Shown: positions 27,620 through 39,200 of the stretch, one piece after another
How positions within the stretch are numbered: the stretch's first letter is position 1
Layout: each line of letters begins with the position of its first letter
Assembly (NCBI GenBank): GCA_001643675.2
Contig: LSRY02000014.1
Coordinates: 1,116,001-1,180,000 of the forward strand
DNA: 64,000 nucleotides
Direction: 5' to 3'
Origin: Monocercomonoides exilis PA203
Lineage: Eukaryota; Protista; Preaxostyla
The notes under the pieces: model-generated
Database searches by the model: none
What the model saw: the letters and a program-made list of their open reading frames with translations, nothing else
What the model was told of the DNA's origin: nothing
Program-made: the position numbers and the translations under genes

Positions 27620-27660
27620 GTGACAGACCAGGCTTCAGCCAATTTGTCAGGTTACAGAGA
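27109..27660 (-). repeat. Right arm, inverted copy of 24762-25318
   Basis: CCTCCGTGACATAACAA ... TTGTCAGGTTACAGAGA. Confidence 0.88.
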
Positions 27661-28348
27661 TTTATAAAAGATGTCAGAAATTGTTGTCCATAATGGCTGA
27701 AACATGGAAAATTATTTTCTTAATTATATTTTTTTTCGGAATTCTGATTCTTCAAATGTTTTATTTCTTTTAAGAGGAATTCATTATTCAAAAGAAAAAA
27801 TAAGAATATTGTTTCTTGAAAAATGATGTTTGAAATAACATTCATAAAAATGTTATCTTCGAATGGAGCAATAACTTTTCAGTGTACAATTAACAGTATC
27901 CAAAGTGAATTATCAAACCGATATTTTTGATAGAGGAAACAAAGATTCAAAAAATATTCACCCAGATGATTATCAAAAAATATTCTCCAAAAAATAATAC
28001 TCACCTGGGGAAAATTCGGACTTTTAAGCTTTTAATGCACAAAGCAAGAAAAAATTAATTCACTCACAACTTTATTTCACTTTCTCAGTTTTCAAAATAA
28101 ATTTGATTCACATTTCCGTAAACAGGCATCGTTGTAATCAAAGTGAAAAGTTCTCCAACATTTCACAAATGTCTAAAAAAAAATGGACCCATTTTTGTTG
28201 TGTTTATTGATCTCAAAAAGTCAATAAAAAGTGCATAATTTTTCAATGAAAATGCCAGAAGGAAAATATTTTGCCCCACCGGATAAAAAATATTCATTGC
28301 GAAAAAAATATGTATTGAATTGGTTAATTATTTCGAATTATTGCAAAA

Positions 28349-28770
28349 TGTGTAATTCTTTTTGAAAAGTCGCAAATGTTTAATTTTCAAATAAATCATG
28401 AATTTCATGATGTGCTCAAATATCTGTTTCTTCTCACGAATCTTTTTCGGAATGAGTGAAATAGCATTATTCAGAAATAGATTGCATATTAGTGAAGTTT
28501 GGAGTACGTTAACAAAAATTTGAACAAAATATGAAAATTTTAATTTATTTGGAAATTAAACATTTGAAAGTTTTCAAAAAGAATTACCCATATCTTGATC
28601 AAAATTCTGTTAACACTCTTGAATCAACACACAAGAATGTGTGCAGTAGTTTTATCAAGAAATAGCTTTTTAATTAGTGAAGTTTTATAAGTATGAACAG
28701 AAATTTGATCAAAGTTAGAAAAAAAATACATTATTTGTCAATTACACATTTGAGACTTTCCAAAAAATTT
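28349..28770. repeat. Degenerate inverted repeat (28349-28409 vs 28531-28590) plus a diverged direct copy near 28670-28770
   Basis: TGTGTAATTCTTTTTGAAAAGTCGCAAATGTTTAATTTTCAAATAAAT pairs with ATTTATTTGGAAATTAAACATTTGAAAGTTTTCAAAAAGAATTACCCA. Confidence 0.7.
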
Positions 28771-28833
28771 TCGACATGTCACAAATCGTAATATTATAAT
28801 ATCAATTAATATTGTTTAAAGATAAGAAAATGC

Positions 28834-29047
28834 TAATTGGCTGATTCTTTTTGAAATCATACTTTCGTTCGAGTTTTGATCAAAATTTTTTTCTCAATGG
28901 GATTTTGAAAAATTGAACAAAACTGATAACACACGTTGTTTCTGATGTTGTTATTGCAGAAACATATTTTAACAAGAATCCCATTAAAATAAAAATTTTG
29001 ATCAAAACAAGAATGAAAGTATGATTTCAAAAAGAATCAGCCAATTA
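28834..29047. mobile_element. MITE-like hairpin, 214 bp, ~70-bp arms, TA at both ends
   Basis: TAATTGGCTGATTCTTTTTGAAATCATACTTTC... pairs with ...GAAAGTATGATTTCAAAAAGAATCAGCCAATTA. Confidence 0.75.
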
Positions 29048-29062
29048 TTAAGTGATCCGAAA

Positions 29063-29580
29063 CAATCACATCAATTCATGATAGAAACAATTTTGAAACG
29101 ATTTGTGCTAAAAAGTTTGAAAATACAAAAAACCACACAATAAAATTGAAAAACAAACAAATAATGTGAATTGGGTGAGTATTTTTGTAATCATATTTTT
29201 TCATTCTAATTTTTATGTTCAAAAATTTTCTTTGTGTTAAAATAAATGATCACTGAAGAGTGAAAAGGCTCATTTTAAAAGTTTAAATTATAATTTGAGC
29301 TGATTCATTTATTCTTAAAACATTTGTGATAAATAAAACATTTAATTTCAAAAGCTTTTCCCAACGACAAGCAGAATTTGAAAAAATAACACACAGAAAA
29401 TAGTTATTATTTCAATAATAATCACCCAATTTTTATATTTGTCTTGAGTTTTGTATGTTTCTTTTTGATATCAAACAACAAATATCAAAGACAAAAATTT
29501 CAATAATAAAGTGAAGAAATTATTTAATAATTCAAAACGAGAAATGTTCTATTTCACAAATTGATTTCAATCTGTGATTA
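29063..29580. repeat. Heavily decayed inverted repeat
   Basis: Co-linear inverted matches: AATCACA/TGTGATT, AATTGGGTGA/TCACCCAATT, TTTTCTTTGTGTTA/TAACACACAGAAAA. Confidence 0.5.
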
Positions 29581-29590
29581 TCAATGGAAA

Positions 29591-29996
29591 TAATACTAAT
29601 ATCGCATAAAATACCGGACATCGCACAAAATACCGGACAAGATCGATATCTCAATAACTGCAAGAGAAATAATTCTGACAATTTTCCTCAAAATATATTT
29701 CATTAATACAGACTCATTAGATAAACGTGACTTTCAACACAGCTTCATTTGTGCTCAGAAAGAATTATTTTTGAAATTTCGGAGAAATAGGATTTTGAGT
29801 TTCTCTGAGATTTAATAATTAATTCTTTCTGAGCACAAATGAAGCTGTGTTGAAAGTCACGTTTATCTAATGAGTCAGTATTAATGAAATATATTTTGAG
29901 GAAAATTATCAGAATTATTCCACTTGCGGTTATTATGAAATCGACCTTGTCCGGTATTTTGTGCGATGTCCTGTATTTTATGCGATATCCGTATTA
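29591..29996. mobile_element. Near-perfect ~405-bp palindromic MITE (Tc1/mariner/pogo-like, TA-flanked)
   Basis: Arms of about 180-200 bp are reverse-complementary. Each end has two tandem 20-bp ATCGCAYAAAATACCGGAC units. TA at 29594-29595 and 29992-29993. Confidence 0.85.
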
Positions 29997-30704
29997 AACT
30001 TCAACGAACATTTTACAAAATGCATTTGACAAATCAAGTCATTTCTCCAAAATTTTATGTTAGATTTCGAAAACCAGTCTCAAATTTTGAAAGGTTCAAA
30101 TGTGCGTTTTTGTGAATTCACAGTCTTTTCTTGACTTTGAAAATGATATTCATTTTTCAAAGTCAAAAATCTTTTCTTCGAAACATTAGCCCAAAATAAT
30201 TTATACAAGAATTTCATGTAATAAAGATAAATTCCTTGAAAGTCGACATTTTCCACAATTGATTGAAACAAAGAATTCTAAAAGATCGCCACAATTATTT
30301 TTTGTCAGTCGTTGAGATGATGGTATTATCCAATATTCTCATAAATTTCAAGCAAATTTACTTAATATTCCTTTTTGAAAGTGTTTTCTCTCTATAAAGA
30401 ACTTAAAAAAAATACTGTAAACAAAAAGCATTCAAAAATTTGATATTGAACGAAGAAAAAATACACTGCTAAATGGAAAGGATAAAATCAAAATGTCTAA
30501 AAACAAATAACAACATAAATGATCAACGATAAATGAATAATCGAGAAAGGCGAAATGGAAAATGAATAGTTATATGAACTGTCTGAAGCAGCAACACTCC
30601 GAACTTAATAAAAGTATCAAGCATTTAAATCAGAAACTATTATGACTTCTCATTGCAAAATACAGAAATTACAACTATTAGTGGAAATCTTCATGAAGTG
30701 AAGG

Positions 30705-31509
30705 TTATGCGTCAAGTGTTTTTTGAGCACATCTTCGTACACGTTTATTATATTCCTAAAAATAAAATTAATTATTGATAAATAAAGGTTTAAAAATCAC
30801 ATACTTTTCTATCTGTTTGGTATAGATGCGCAGCTGTAACATTAGCAGGAGAAGAAGGATTTGGATCAGTCAAAAGAGATTGTATTGAAATGAGAATTGA
30901 TGAAACAGTAAAAATTGGCGTCCATAATTTTTGTATCACATCAAGGCAAATTTGCCCATTTTGAAAAACTGTCCCACATAATTTTAAAATACATATCAAC
31001 CATTTGAAGATATAAAACTGGATTAAAAAACATACCATTTGGATGAAACATTTCACACTGAAAACGAATTGACGGTGGCTTTTCAGGATAGTTGTCCGGA
31101 AATTGGAGCCTCAAAGGAAAAAGCCCTCCTGCATAAAAGAAAAATAAATAATGAAAATGCATCACTAATGTTTTGCGTTATTATACCCTCCCATGGAGTT
31201 TCACTTGGACCAACAAGTATTGCATCTAAATACATTCATAAAGATGAACACAAATCAAAATCGCAAAAAAATAGCAAAGAAAACAAAACAATTATTTTAT
31301 GAATAAAAAATTAAGTTTTAACATTGATTCACACCCCAAACAAATAGATTTTCCTCTGAAACAGGGGATGCTGTTATTCCTTCTGGAGGTGTATCACGAA
31401 TAGCCTATATGAAAAATATTGAAAACAATAATCTAAAAATAGAAAAAAATTAACAAGCCTTTAGGTCATTCATCAACCTTAGGGTCGCTGCTCTCGATGG
31501 ACCTGACAT
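30705..31509 (-). CDS. RAD6: Ubiquitin-conjugating enzyme E2, Rad6/UBC2 type; 6 exons
   Basis: Spliced: [31 protein letters not shown]...[18 protein letters not shown]...[23 protein letters not shown]...[12 protein letters not shown]...[16 protein letters not shown]. Confidence 0.92.
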
Positions 31510-31749
31510 TCAGCTTGATATATATCTGTCTTTTGGTAATATTGATCTGTTTGATTATTTTATTCTTTTTTTGTTTTCTCTGTTTTTTTATTATTCTTAT
31601 TATGCATCAAAAAATTTGAATCCATATATAAATAAAACCACAAATTAAAATTTGCAACGTTCACTTAAAATTGGATAGAAAAAATGAAATGATAAGATAA
31701 TAAGTTAATAAACGCAATTTAAAAAGAAATGTTGAAAATTTACTATTAA

Positions 31750-33184
31750 TTAAATAGCTGAAGAATCGCTATTACCTTTTCTTTTCACTTTTTCATCCTC
31801 AAAAAGAGTGTCATGAGATGAAGATTCATCAAAGTGATCTTTTGTTTCTGGTTCAGATGAAGTGTTAAGGAAAGAAGGCATTTGAAACAAAGATGAGGAA
31901 GATGGCGTTGTCGTGTCAGAAAGTTGAAGTGAGGAATCTGGCTCTTCTTTTGAAGAGTTATCTTCTAATGGTGGATGATTTGATTCAGTTAGAGTGCTAT
32001 CAGGCTGTTCTGGCAGCTGCTCATGAGAAGACGACAAGGATGCTGAATTGCTTGCATCTTGTTTCTGAGGTGATGATGCAAATGGAAGAGAAGGAGGCGC
32101 AATGTCTGAAAACGGGTCGTCATCATTATCAGCATCATTCGACGGAAACGGATCATTGCTGCTGTCATTCTGCGCATCATCATTTTCTATGTTTGAAGAT
32201 ATACTGCTTGCACGTTCGTCTGCTCCTCTGTCTTCCCATCCGCTTTCCAATCCAAGAAAGTCTACACATTCACGTTCTAGTTGTTGAGTTTCCATCAACT
32301 GACGGATATCTGTGTCATCCAATTCTATTCCAGCCTCTCCAAATTCTCGCTCTATTTGTGTGATATGAGCAAGACATATTATTTTCAATGTATCTAATCT
32401 TTCTTTGGGTACATTTTTTATAATGTTAAGTGAAGGAAGTGTGTACTTATCTACTCGTAAGTCGGGCATTGATTGAATTTTCTCCAATGTCGGTATGTCG
32501 CGAGATTGAGGTGGATTGTATTTAGCTGGTGCAGTAGATCCCCGTGTTCTTGGAGCCTTCATTTTTTGCTTTGATTTAGGTTGTGGAACAACAGGTTGGT
32601 GCAGAACAGATGGGTCAAATTCCTCCTCCTCCTCTTCTTCATTTGGCTCTCTATTTAAATGCAAAACAATGGTGTTAACGTAAGTTAAATTGAGTGCTCA
32701 TATTTCAAATAACAAACATTACATCCACAAAATGAAAATGATTTTGTTTGTCATGAACAATTGCTAAATTTGGTCGAGTAAGTCCAGGATGTGGTAAACT
32801 AAATAAATTGTGTGGCGATAATAATTTTAAATGTACAAAATAAAAGGATTAAATACGATTGGTTCAATTGCGCAATTTTGGCTAATGAAGGGTCCATTGT
32901 TGCGCGTTGAAGTTCTCTCAATGCTATATCATCTGGCACGTGAAGTATTGATTTAAGAGTTTGAAGAAGCAACACCTGATTCCATGTCGGTGCAACACTT
33001 TGAGAGCGCAAAGCCCTTAAAACAAAAATATACGCTTGAAGCTCCTTCTCATGGATTTTCCGAATAGCTTCACTCACCTCTGAAGATATCTCAACTTTTT
33101 GATCAGAGAACAAAGCTTAAATGTTTTTTATTTCACACAATAACTTCAGAAAAAATAAAATCACAAACAAGCGTCTTCTTCCAT
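31750..33184 (-). CDS. ENT (EMSY N-terminal) domain protein; about 4 exons
   Basis: IRKIHEKELQAYIFVLRALRSQSVAPTWNQVLLLQTLKSILHVPDDIALREL fits the ENT pattern (LE.EAY..VLRAF.AQ....W....L..L...L.VS...H..EL). GT-AG introns link it to ORF 31750-32664. Confidence 0.75.
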
Positions 33185-33430
33185 AGCATTATATTTGGGA
33201 ATTGATCAAAGAAATTTGTTGTTATCAAATTGAATAAAAATTAATTAGCCACATGTCATGAAACATTACGATAAAAAAGAGAATATAAATAATTTTAACG
33301 TGTGACTTATTTCTTTTTGTTTGTTTGCATTATGCTTTATCTCTTTTTCTTTCTTTCTTTTTTTTTCATTGATTCTTCAAATATTTGTCTTTAACTTAAA
33401 ATATTTGAAATCCAAAAGAGCACAAATGCA

Positions 33431-35656
33431 TTGGAACAAGATGTTTATGGAGCTGTACAGCTTAACTCAAGCCTTTCAGATTCAATGTTTTCATCTTGTG
33501 CGGGAGAAAGCAGCATTACAGCTTTATATCGTTCTTCATCCAAGGGGAAATACACAGTTGAATTGAAGCCTTCACATTCAATAAGTTCTTCTTTGTCAAT
33601 GCCTCATAATCCTTCTTCTCAAACGTATAAATCAATTGGGCTATCTTCTTCTCCATTTCTTTTTGATGCTTCTGAGAATACGAAAATGAAAACTTCTATT
33701 CAATTTCCTAATTGTAACTCACATTTTGCTTTCAATGACTGTCTTACGGAGATACCAACAAACAAATTGCCTTCTCGTTTACGCAAAAAGTATCTAGAAA
33801 CTGTTGTTGACAAAGAACTTTTCAAAGAAAAATTGGATGACTTTCAAACAATACGAGACGACGAAAAGATATATGAACCTCGAAAATTCGTCAACGAATC
33901 AAGAGAATATGTTGCTTCATTTTCTGCACAGATAAAAGAGTCCTTAGCTCAAAGAATGAAAATCGAAAAATTAATAAAGAATCAGCCTCATGAGCAGAAC
34001 GAGGAAAATGATAGCTTGCAGTCTTCTAATGATAATTCAATATCAGATGAAAACTCTGACAGACTCTCCTCTCAGTCTCAAATTTCTGATTCAGAGCAAT
34101 TTGACCAGCTTCTTTTCGAAAACTTCTCGAAGTGGCGGCCTCCGCTGAACAGGATCAGAGAATTTGTGCCTGATGTGGATTTTCGGATGGAAGGAGAGAA
34201 GCGCTCAATGCTGATGAGGGTGACGTTGACGGAGATGCTGAAGAGATGGACAAACATGGATCTGAAAGCACAGTCACACACAACACAACTGCCTTCTCTG
34301 CTTTATAAGGAGAATGTCAAGAATAACAGTGGAGAGGGGGAAGAAATGGAGGATAATGTCGAAGAAGAAGAAGAAGAAGCTAAAGAGTTGTCCAGAGAGA
34401 AAACAAATAGCGAGATGAAGAAAATGGTTAAAGAACGAAGCGATAAGAGGAAGATTATCAAAGAAGAAATACGCGAAGCTACTGAATTCTGGAGCATTTT
34501 TGGGATTTGGGTGCGAAAGCCCTGGATATCTTCAGCCAGCGAGCGAAGGATATGGGAAGAAGCCGAAAAGAAGCTGGAGACAAAGGAAAAAGCGATTGAG
34601 AGCAGGAATATTTCCCAGTTGACAGAAAATGAAACAATAGAAGAAATGAAGATTTTACTGAAAGAGAAGGAGGAGGCTGGGGCAGAGGAGGAAGAGCTGG
34701 CTAAGCTGAGGCTTCAGATAGAAGAAGGCAAACGGAAATTAGAGAAGGAAACAAGACTGAATGGAATGAGTGATGTTGAGAGATACACCGAACACATTCA
34801 TGGCACATTGCAAAAAAGACAATTGGAGCATTTAAAGAACAGTGGATCACATTGTGAAAAATTAAAAGAAGAAGAAGAAGAAGAAGAAGAAAGAGAAGAG
34901 GAAGAAAAAGAGGTTGACTTTATCAACTCATTCAATTCAAAGATGAATGCTCTTCCGAAATACAGCGTTTTTGATAGCTATTCTCATGATTTGTTTGATG
35001 ACACTTTTTTGGAGTCTCACCAGATGACAGAACAACAAGACAGTTACAATAAACACTCACTTCCACAACATTTGAACTCTGAGTCACATTTATCGTACAA
35101 TTCTTCAAATCTTTCTATTTCAAAAAGTGACTTTTCATCTTCGGCTCATGAGTCATCTTCCTATTTGCTTCCTCAATCAGCAGATTCTCGCTTGCTTCAT
35201 AATCGTCCTCTTGCAAATGTTTATGAAAGTTCGAGCTTCATCCAGAAAGAAGATACATACGAAGACTCAGATGCACCAATGCTTTCTTCTTCTTCTTCAG
35301 ATAGCAGCGAGGCAAATGAAAATGTCACAGTAATTTCATTTTGCTTCGAAGCACATTTACCACAGCAAGAAAATAAATCCATTTTTCAGCAGATTCTAAA
35401 CAAGAAGAAAGAGAAATATCACAAAACAATAAGCACTGTGCGCCATCGGTGTCTCTTACCGACTCCTCCACAACGAAAGTTCCTGTGGTCCTTTGATGAG
35501 ATGGAGGTGAGTCTGAAGAGGAGATGGAAGAGCTGGTTTCAGACACAAGGGAAGTGGAAGCGCTCGGCCACGAAGGAGGAGTTGGAGAGCTTGTATTACG
35601 AGATGCACAGCGTGGACAAGAAAAGCGATCTGGAGATTCCACTGTTTGGAAGGTGA
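33431..35656 (+). CDS. Hypothetical Ser/Glu-rich coiled-coil protein
   Basis: 741-codon ORF; first in-frame ATG at about 33486; no recognised domain; a 3' intron is possible. Confidence 0.65.
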   Translation: MEQDVYGAVQLNSSLSDSMFSSCAGESSITALYRSSSKGKYTVELKPSHSISSSLSMPHNPSSQTYKSIGLSSSPFLFDASENTKMKTSIQFPNCNSHFAFNDCLTEIPTNKLPSRLRKKYLETVVDKELFKEKLDDFQTIRDDEKIYEPRKFVNESREYVASFSAQIKESLAQRMKIEKLIKNQPHEQNEENDSLQSSNDNSISDENSDRLSSQSQISDSEQFDQLLFENFSKWRPPLNRIREFVPDVDFRMEGEKRSMLMRVTLTEMLKRWTNMDLKAQSHTTQLPSLLYKENVKNNSGEGEEMEDNVEEEEEEAKELSREKTNSEMKKMVKERSDKRKIIKEEIREATEFWSIFGIWVRKPWISSASERRIWEEAEKKLETKEKAIESRNISQLTENETIEEMKILLKEKEEAGAEEEELAKLRLQIEEGKRKLEKETRLNGMSDVERYTEHIHGTLQKRQLEHLKNSGSHCEKLKEEEEEEEEREEEEKEVDFINSFNSKMNALPKYSVFDSYSHDLFDDTFLESHQMTEQQDSYNKHSLPQHLNSESHLSYNSSNLSISKSDFSSSAHESSSYLLPQSADSRLLHNRPLANVYESSSFIQKEDTYEDSDAPMLSSSSSDSSEANENVTVISFCFEAHLPQQENKSIFQQILNKKKEKYHKTISTVRHRCLLPTPPQRKFLWSFDEMEVSLKRRWKSWFQTQGKWKRSATKEELESLYYEMHSVDKKSDLEIPLFGR

Positions 35657-36288
35657 ATTATTATTATTATTTTTCTTTTCTTTTCTTTTTCATTTTATTT
35701 TTTGGAGTTTTATATGAAAAATAGGATGTTTGAATTGGTTGGTGCTTTTTTTAAAAATATTAAATATTTTTAGAAATGATAGAAAATTCGAGAAAATCAT
35801 CGTTTTATCGAAGTACTTTTGCTGAATTGAAAAAAAGCATAAGCACCCAATGCAGTTTGTGAGAATTCGAAAGACACCAAACGAAAAGAAAATGAGACAT
35901 TTTTGTTGATTCACAAAGCTGTTAATTTTTCCTAAACCAAAAACATTCGTTACAAATGAATAGAATACTTATTTTATCAGAGGGTTTAATTGGTAATAAT
36001 AAAGTGATGTGTTCATAATCAAAAAAAAAAAATATTCAGTTGGAAGTGCAAAATAAAGAAAGTTAAACCATTCGCTAAAAAAAAATAAGAGGAAGAAAAA
36101 TAAAAGAAAAGAAAATAAAACACATTTTCTACTCTTTACATGAAAAACCAGAAGACGACAAAACTACAAAAAAGACGGAGGCATAAAAACAAAATGTCAA
36201 ATATATGTCAAAAAAAAAATGAGAGAGAAAGAGAAAGATTTCTACATAAATTCACCACTATCACCAGTACCACCATTATCATCAACCC

Positions 36289-39200
36289 TCACGACAGGTT
36301 CAGCCGCTTCTTCGTCTCCTCTTTCTTCAGCTTCAAGCTCTCCTTCAGCTTCGCCATCTTCTGGTCTGTCGGGTGCAGAGGAGTTGGTGTGCCTGAGCGG
36401 CTGCCCGCGGGTGTCGAAGCAGCAGACGAGCGAGCACTTGCTGTGCGGGGGCGAACCATGTCGAGGAACGAGGAAGGCGGCTGAGGAGGAGGAGGAATGG
36501 GATTGCTTGAGACAGGGAACTGGCTGTGTGAGGGGAATGATGATGATGACGATGAGGATGAGGAAGATGAAGAGGAAGAGGAGGAGGAGGAAGAAGAAGC
36601 ACCATTTACAGCAGAAGGGTTCATGTCAAAGGGTGAGATGGGTTGTGGCGGAGTCTCTTGTCGCGGGATGGTCTGCACCTGATCGGCTTCTTGGATGGAA
36701 GAGGAAGAATACGAAAGAGGAGAAACCTGACTGGTTGCCAGTGAAGATGAATGTATTGGTGTTGTGTTAGAGGCATACGGCGACGAGCCAAACGAAGGCG
36801 CGGCGGGTGAAAGAGGTGTGAGTGAAGAGGAAGAAGAAGAATTGGGTGAATACAGATTGTATTGCGAGTGGCTTCTCCCTCCGCCCCGGATCGTCTTCGC
36901 GACAGCACCGCCACTCAGAGGAGAGGACGAAGCTGACGAAGAAGCAAGTGCCATGTGCGGAGTGTAAATCTGAGGCGATCCAAGAACAGAACCAGAAGAA
37001 GAAGAAGATGATGATGATGAAGCAGAAGCAGAGGCAGAAGCAGAAGAAGCAGATCCAAGCCCTTGGGCTGTGAGCTTGATGCCAGTTGCCTCCAGTTCAT
37101 TTACCGTCTTCAGTGACGATGATGGCGAGCGCATAAGCTCCGAATACGATGCTGGGGGAAGGCCACATTTCGCGCGGAGGAGCGAAATGTCGTGGACAAG
37201 CTTGTCCTTCTCTATGCGGTGTGAGTGCGCTGCCTCTTTGATCTGCTTCTCCAGCACCTCCACACGCGACGAGGCGAGCGAGAACTGAGTCTGCAGTGTT
37301 TCTCTCTCCACATTCAGCACTCTGTTCAATCGCTTCTCATCCAGATTGCTCTGCGACAGAGTCTGGATGTTGTCCTCCAGCTGCACAATCCTCTTCTTCA
37401 GCATCTTCATCGCAGTGTCTGCAGACACATTGGAAGAAGAAGAAGAAGAAGAGGAGGAGGAGGAAGAAGAGCCAGAAGACGTTTCAGTGAGAATATGCGC
37501 AGACTGCTTCATCGAATCCAGCAGCAGCTGCAGCTGCACCACTTTCTCGATCCTTTCTGAGAGATCGTCCATCAACCCTTTCTGTGCTTTCTCATTCTCT
37601 CTCTTCTCTTCCTCCAGCCGGCTCTTCGCCTTCTGCGCCTCGTCCTTCACGCGGGTGAGCTGTGTGGTTGCGTCTTTGACCTTGTTCCGCTCCACATTCA
37701 GCCTCAACGCCCATTCGGTCTCTCTTTTCATCAGATAGAGCACACGCTGGTGCAGCTTGCTGGCGGTCTCCTGCGCCGTCTTGTGCGACTCCGTCAGCAC
37801 ATTCTTCTGCCGCTCCCAGTCTTTCTGCGCAAGGATCAGGTTCTCGTTGAGTGTCTTCGCCTGGAAAGCAAAGTTTTGTGCTTCTTTCTTCTGTGCGGTC
37901 AGTGCATCTGATAAGATCTTCTGCTGACTGTACAGCTCTCTTTTTTCGTCCTCCCACTTGTTGTTCTCTTGGGCAATCACATCAGCCGCTTTAGTCTTCT
38001 CCTCACTCAGCTTCGCCACTTCCTCTTTTAAAGTGGACGATTCCTGCACAGAATTATCCAGTTGCTCTTTGATCGCCTCAATCTCCTTCTTCAGCGCCAG
38101 CGTTTCTTCGTGCTCTGTCTTCAGCTGTGTCTCTGCCTCTTCCACTTTCTCCCGCGCCACTTCGAGTTCACTCTTCAGAAGATGTTGTGCATCTTCCAGT
38201 GAATGTTTTTCTTCTCTCCATTTCTCTGTCCGCGCAGCCAGCTGCTCATTCAGCGTCTCGTGTTCTTGCAAAAGCACTTTCTTTGACTCTTCAATCGCAC
38301 TCAGCTTCTTCTGCAGTGCCTCTAATTCATGTTGATTGCTGTTCTTTGTGTCATTCAGCACAATTTGCAGTCGATTGAGTGCTTCTTCCTTTTCAGCAAG
38401 TGTCTGCTTCGTCTCCTCCCATCCATTTGTGATGCGGCTGATTTCGTTGTTTGCATTCTCTTTTTCCTTCTGCCCGTTCGCCTCATTCACTTTGATCAGA
38501 TCGCTCAGCCTCTTCTTCTCTTCTTCACTCGCTTTGCAGCTCTGCTCCAGCTTTTTCAGCGATTCTTTCAGCTCATTCGAAGATGTTTCCATCTCATGCA
38601 CTTTCTTTTCGTGCTTCTCCTTTTCGCTTTGAAGTTCCTCTGATGCCTCTTTCTTTGCCTTCTCCTTCTCCTCCTTTTCATCCTGAATCTCCTTCTCGTT
38701 CTGTGCCAACGTCTTCTTTAGCTCTGCAATCTCTTTCTCAAGCACCTTCACCTTCTCCTGTGCTGTCAGCATGCTCCTCGTTGCGCTGCTCAGCTCATCC
38801 TCCTTCGCCGACAAGGAAGTCTTCACAGCACTCAGCTCCTTCTCATACCTCTCCCTCATCTCTCCCAGCACCTCTGCCTCTTGCTTCCGCCCTTCGCTGA
38901 TCTTCGTCGCTGCATCCGCCGCCTGCGCCTCCATCTGCGAGCGCAGCCACGCCATCTCAACAGCATCGCGATCTGCCCTTTCCTTCATTGTTTTTTCTCT
39001 TTCTTCCAGCGTCTTCTTCAGCTCGGCAACGGACTGCTGCAGCTCCACCACACTCGCGCTGGATGTGTTCAGACTGGCTTCCAGCTCTTTCTTCTCAGCC
39101 TCTCTCTGAGACAGTTCTCCTTTCAGTGCTTCGATTTGCTTGCTCCACTCCTTCTGTTCTGCGCTGTGCTGTGTGCGGATGCTCTGCTCCTGCTGCACAG

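Larger units (their letters stand above)
24762..27660. mobile_element. DNA transposon-like element with ~555-bp inverted arms enclosing a decayed DDE_1 (pogo/Tigger) transposase
   Basis: 24762-25318 is the reverse complement of 27109-27660. The cores look identical; there are a few mismatches at the arm ends and in the (AAAAG)n tract. Confidence 0.9.

Noticed and set aside
24750-27670. A defined target-site duplication for the long-arm element
   Set aside because: Only an imperfect TTTATT/TTTATA in AT-rich flanks, which could be chance.
27945-28020. Short repeats CAAAAAATATTC as a CRISPR-like array or TIR
   Set aside because: Irregular, low-complexity, eukaryotic context, and no clear partner end.
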